From Roseovarius sp. (GTDB taxonomy: Bacteria; Pseudomonadota; Alphaproteobacteria; Rhodobacterales; Rhodobacteraceae), in assembly GCA_965227185.1 (NCBI GenBank), contig OZ245733.1, forward strand, positions 3,594,074 to 3,658,073: a DNA stretch of 64,000 bases. Direction: 5' to 3'. Below the pieces are notes generated by a model. That model searched no databases, was not told the origin of the DNA, and saw nothing but the letters and a program-made list of their open reading frames with translations. Shown one piece after another: positions 60,820 through 64,000 of the stretch. Both the position numbers and the translations under genes were made by a program. Each line of letters opens with the position of its first letter. Position 1 is the first letter of the stretch.

Positions 60820-61293
60820 ATGAGATGGTACCTTGCCCCGCTTTTCGCCTGTGTCGCGCCGCTGTTGGCCGGCTGCCTGCCGACCACTGTCTATTACAAG
60901 GAAGGCGCGCCTGTGAGCGGGGTCGCGCGCGACCGCACGCAATGCGACGTGGCGGCGCTGCGCGAGGTGCCGGTGCGCACGCTGACGCGGTATATCCCGC
61001 CGACCTACAGCTATCGCCCGGTCTGCAACGCGGCGGGCGCGTGCAAGACGGTCCGGGTGTTGCTGTCGCCCGGGCGGTGGGAAAGCTATGACGCCAACGA
61101 GGGACTGCGCGCACGGGTGGCCAAGCAATGCATGGCCGACCAAGGGTACCAGAAGGTCAACCTGAAGCCCTGCCCGCCAGAGGTGGTGGAGGCGACGGTG
61201 ATTACCGCCACGCGGGTGCAGCCGCCGTTGACGGAAAACTCCTGCGCGATCCGCATCAAGGGTGGGAAATACCAGATCGTGAACCCCGACTAG
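60820..61293 (+). CDS. Hypothetical Cys-rich lipoprotein
   Basis: Lipobox LLAG|C; YYKEG, CDVAAL, C..AG.C, QCMADQGY motifs. Confidence 0.75.
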   Translation: MRWYLAPLFACVAPLLAGCLPTTVYYKEGAPVSGVARDRTQCDVAALREVPVRTLTRYIPPTYSYRPVCNAAGACKTVRVLLSPGRWESYDANEGLRARVAKQCMADQGYQKVNLKPCPPEVVEATVITATRVQPPLTENSCAIRIKGGKYQIVNPD

Positions 61294-61370
61294 GGCTTTG
61301 TGATCTGAAGGAGCGCCTGCGGCGCGCTTGATGCCTCGGCGGCGGGGCCGCCTCGGGTGTGCCTCCGGCG

Positions 61371-61392
61371 GGGATATTTTTGGCCAGAGGAA
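61371..61392. repeat. GGGATATTT repeat, copy 3
   Basis: GGGATATTTTTGGCCAGAGGAA. Confidence 0.8.
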
Positions 61393-61421
61393 GCGAGGCG
61401 TTTACGCGATAGCCCGCCCTG

Positions 61422-62837
61422 TCACCCCGTCGCGGCCTGCTGGCTGTCCTCTTCGTCGTCGGATACGCGTGCGCCCTTGGTGCCGGTGACGACGCCCAGG
61501 GATTTCAGCTTGCGGTGCAGGGCACTGCGTTCCATGCCGACGAATTCCGCCGTGCGGCTGATATTGCCGCCGAAGCGGTTGATCTGGGTCATGAGGTACT
61601 CGCGCTCGAACGCCTCGCGGGCTTCGCGCAGGGGCATGGTGGCCACCGTACCGGACAGGACAACGCGATCCCCGTCACTGGGCGTGGCACTGTCGCCGGG
61701 GATTTCGCGGGCGGTGATGTCACCGTTGGACTCGCCCAGGATCAGCACGCGCTCGATCACGTTGCGCAGCTGGCGCACGTTGCCGGGCCAGCGCATGGTC
61801 TGCAAGAGCGCCGCCGCCTCGTCGCCCAGGGCACGGATGGGCAGCCCCTGTTCGCTGTTGAGCTTTTCGATGAAGTAGGTCGCCAGCACGGGAATATCCT
61901 CGCGCCGATCCTCGAGGCTGGGCACGGCGATCGGCACCACGTTCAGGCGGTGATAAAGCTCGCGGCGGAACCGGTCGGCCTGGATCTCGGCCTCGAGGTC
62001 GCGGCTGGTCGAGGAGATGACGCGCAGATCGACCTGCACCTTGTCGCTACCGCCCACCCGCAGGAAGGTCTGATCGACCAGCACGCGCAGGATCTTGCCT
62101 TGAGTGCCCAGGGGCATGTCGGCGACCTCGTCGAAATAGATGACGCCGGTATTGGCCTCTTCCAACAGGCCGGGGGTGACGGTACCATCTTCGGCCTCAC
62201 GCCCGAAAAGGACCTCTTCCATCCGATCCGGCTCGATCGAGGCGCAGCCGGCGCAGACGAAGGGGCCACCCGCGCGGTCGGAATTGGCGTGGATGTAGCG
62301 CGCGGCCAACTCCTTGCCCGAGCCGGCAGGGCCAGACAGCATCACCCTTCCATTCGACCGCGTGACCTTGTCCAACTGGCCCACCAGCGTGCGGAAGACG
62401 GGGCTTTCGCCCAGCATGTCGGCGGGGCCGCTGCCCTGCCGCTTGAGCGCGACGTTCTCGCGGCGCAGGCGGCTGGTTTCCATGCCCCGGCGGATCACGA
62501 CCATCAGTTGGTCAATGTTGAAGGGTTTCTCGATGAAGTCGTAGGCGCCCTGCTTGATGGCCGCCACCGCGATTTCGATATTGCCGTGGCCCGAGATGAT
62601 CACCACCGGCACCTCGGGGAAGTCGCGCTTGACCGCCTTGAGGATGTCGATCCCGTCCATATTGCTGTCTTTCAACCAGATATCGAGGATCAGCAGGCCC
62701 GGCGGCTGGTTCCGGATTTCGCTCATGGCCTCGTCGGAATTGCCCGCGAGGCGGGTCGTGAACCCTTCGTCCTGAAGGATGTCGGAAATCAGTTCGCGGA
62801 TATCGCGTTCGTCATCGACAATAAGAATGTCACTCAT
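61422..62837 (-). CDS. ntrX: Sigma54-interacting-type response regulator NtrX
   Basis: Receiver, AAA+ domain with degenerate GAFTGA (GTVTPG), Fis HTH; between ntrY and trkA. Confidence 0.93.
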   Translation of the reverse strand: MSDILIVDDERDIRELISDILQDEGFTTRLAGNSDEAMSEIRNQPPGLLILDIWLKDSNMDGIDILKAVKRDFPEVPVVIISGHGNIEIAVAAIKQGAYDFIEKPFNIDQLMVVIRRGMETSRLRRENVALKRQGSGPADMLGESPVFRTLVGQLDKVTRSNGRVMLSGPAGSGKELAARYIHANSDRAGGPFVCAGCASIEPDRMEEVLFGREAEDGTVTPGLLEEANTGVIYFDEVADMPLGTQGKILRVLVDQTFLRVGGSDKVQVDLRVISSTSRDLEAEIQADRFRRELYHRLNVVPIAVPSLEDRREDIPVLATYFIEKLNSEQGLPIRALGDEAAALLQTMRWPGNVRQLRNVIERVLILGESNGDITAREIPGDSATPSDGDRVVLSGTVATMPLREAREAFEREYLMTQINRFGGNISRTAEFVGMERSALHRKLKSLGVVTGTKGARVSDDEEDSQQAATG

Positions 62838-62845
62838 GGTTTACC

Positions 62846-64000
62846 TCATACGGCCTGTCGTTGGTCATATTCGTTCAAATCGGGTTCAGAATCGGGGTCG
62901 GTGTCCGGCGCGGCCTCGGCCCGGGTCAAGGGAAGCCGGATCACGGCCATGGCGCCGGGGCGCGCGCCCTCTGCGAAGGGTTCGGCATCCTCAAGCGCGA
63001 GGCTGCCGCCGTGTTCCTCGATGATTTTCTTGACGATGGGCAGGCCAAGGCCTGTGCCCTTTTCGCGGGTGGTCACGTAAGGCTCGAACAGGCGCGAGCG
63101 ATCTTCGGGCAGGCCGATGCCGTTGTCCGAGATGCAGATCACGGCGCTGTCGTCCTCGCGGGTGCTGGTGACGCGGATCTGCGGCTGGTGCCCGTCGGGG
63201 CCTTCTTTTTCATGAAGGCTTTCAATGGCTTCGCCGGCGTTCTTGATCAGATTAGTGAGCGCCTGATGCAGCATGGTGCCGTCGACCTCGGCCATCAGCG
63301 CATCGTCGGTCAGCGTGGCCTCAAAGGTGACGTCGGGCTGCCCGGCCTCCTGCAGCAGGACCGCCTCGCGCAGCAGGTGCGTCAGGCTTTCGACCTTAGT
63401 CTGCGGCTCGGGCATCCGGGCGAATTTTGAAAACTCGTCGACGATCCGGCGCAGGTCGTTGGTCTGCCGCACGACCACGTCTGTCAGCTGTTCCAGGCTG
63501 GCGGCCTGTTCGTCATCCAGCACCCTCGTGAACTTGCGCTTGATGCGTTCCGCCGACAGCTGGATCGGCGTCAGAGGGTTCTTGATTTCATGCGCGATGC
63601 GGCGGGCGACATCGCCCCAGGCGGCCATGCGCTGAGCCGTGACCAGGTCGGTCACGTCGTCAAAAGCCACCACGTACCCTTCACGGCGGCCGCCATCATT
63701 GTTGCGGGTCGACATGCGCACCAGCAGGTTTTCCATCCGGCCCGTGCGGCTGACCTTGATCTCTTCCTGAACGAAGCCGGTGTTGGAGTCCTTCAGCCGG
63801 TCAAAGAGCGCGCCGAATTCCGGTATGGCAACAGCGAGCGCCAGCGATTGCTGATCCTCCTGCCAGTCGAGCAGGCGTTCAGCGGCGCGGTTGACGAAGG
63901 TGACCCGGCCCTTGGCATCCAGCCCCACCACGCCGGACGACACCGAGCCCAGCACGGAGTCGAACAGCCGTCGGCGGCGTTCGATCTGCTCGGTGTTGGT
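62846..64000 (-). CDS. ntrY: Sensor histidine kinase NtrY, C-terminal part
   Basis: AWGDVARRIAHEIKNPLTPIQLSAE, NLIKNA, PYVTTREKGTGLGL. Confidence 0.95.
   Translation of the reverse strand, partial: TNTEQIERRRRLFDSVLGSVSSGVVGLDAKGRVTFVNRAAERLLDWQEDQQSLALAVAIPEFGALFDRLKDSNTGFVQEEIKVSRTGRMENLLVRMSTRNNDGGRREGYVVAFDDVTDLVTAQRMAAWGDVARRIAHEIKNPLTPIQLSAERIKRKFTRVLDDEQAASLEQLTDVVVRQTNDLRRIVDEFSKFARMPEPQTKVESLTHLLREAVLLQEAGQPDVTFEATLTDDALMAEVDGTMLHQALTNLIKNAGEAIESLHEKEGPDGHQPQIRVTSTREDDSAVICISDNGIGLPEDRSRLFEPYVTTREKGTGLGLPIVKKIIEEHGGSLALEDAEPFAEGARPGAMAVIRLPLTRAEAAPDTDPDSEPDLNEYDQRQAV

Overview
A GC-rich Rhodobacteraceae (Roseobacter-type) chromosomal segment, mostly core genes: metA (partial), fadL-type porin, guaA, lipA, L,D-transpeptidase, lpxD-acp-fabF, xseB-ispA-dxs, class II DAHP synthase, bdhA, psuG, rpsB-tsf, aroQ, gcdH, the phoR/pstSCAB-phoU-phoB locus, gmk/yicC and ntrYX-trkA-trkH-hfq-hflX. 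I saw no integrase, transposase, prophage, CRISPR-cas, rRNA or tRNA. I cannot point to one clearly new multi-gene system. The best leads are: (1) the gene-transfer-agent activator pair gafA/gafB with a CtrA-type box; (2) an acyltransferase-3 fused to an AlgX/AlgJ-type permuted SGNH domain just downstream of guaA; (3) three candidate sRNAs defined by promoters and/or orphan terminators, one resembling suhB/MmgR; (4) three families of dispersed intergenic repeats, including a ~72-bp element with 11-bp periodicity ending in a CtrA half-site; (5) two decayed genes, an internally deleted PfkB/PsuK kinase and a four-lesion amidinotransferase; (6) small genes that are easy to miss (two tandem Flp pilins, and an entericidin lipoprotein absent from the ORF track); (7) a perfect CtrA site beside the pstS Pho box. 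All family assignments come from motif recognition by eye; no database search was run.
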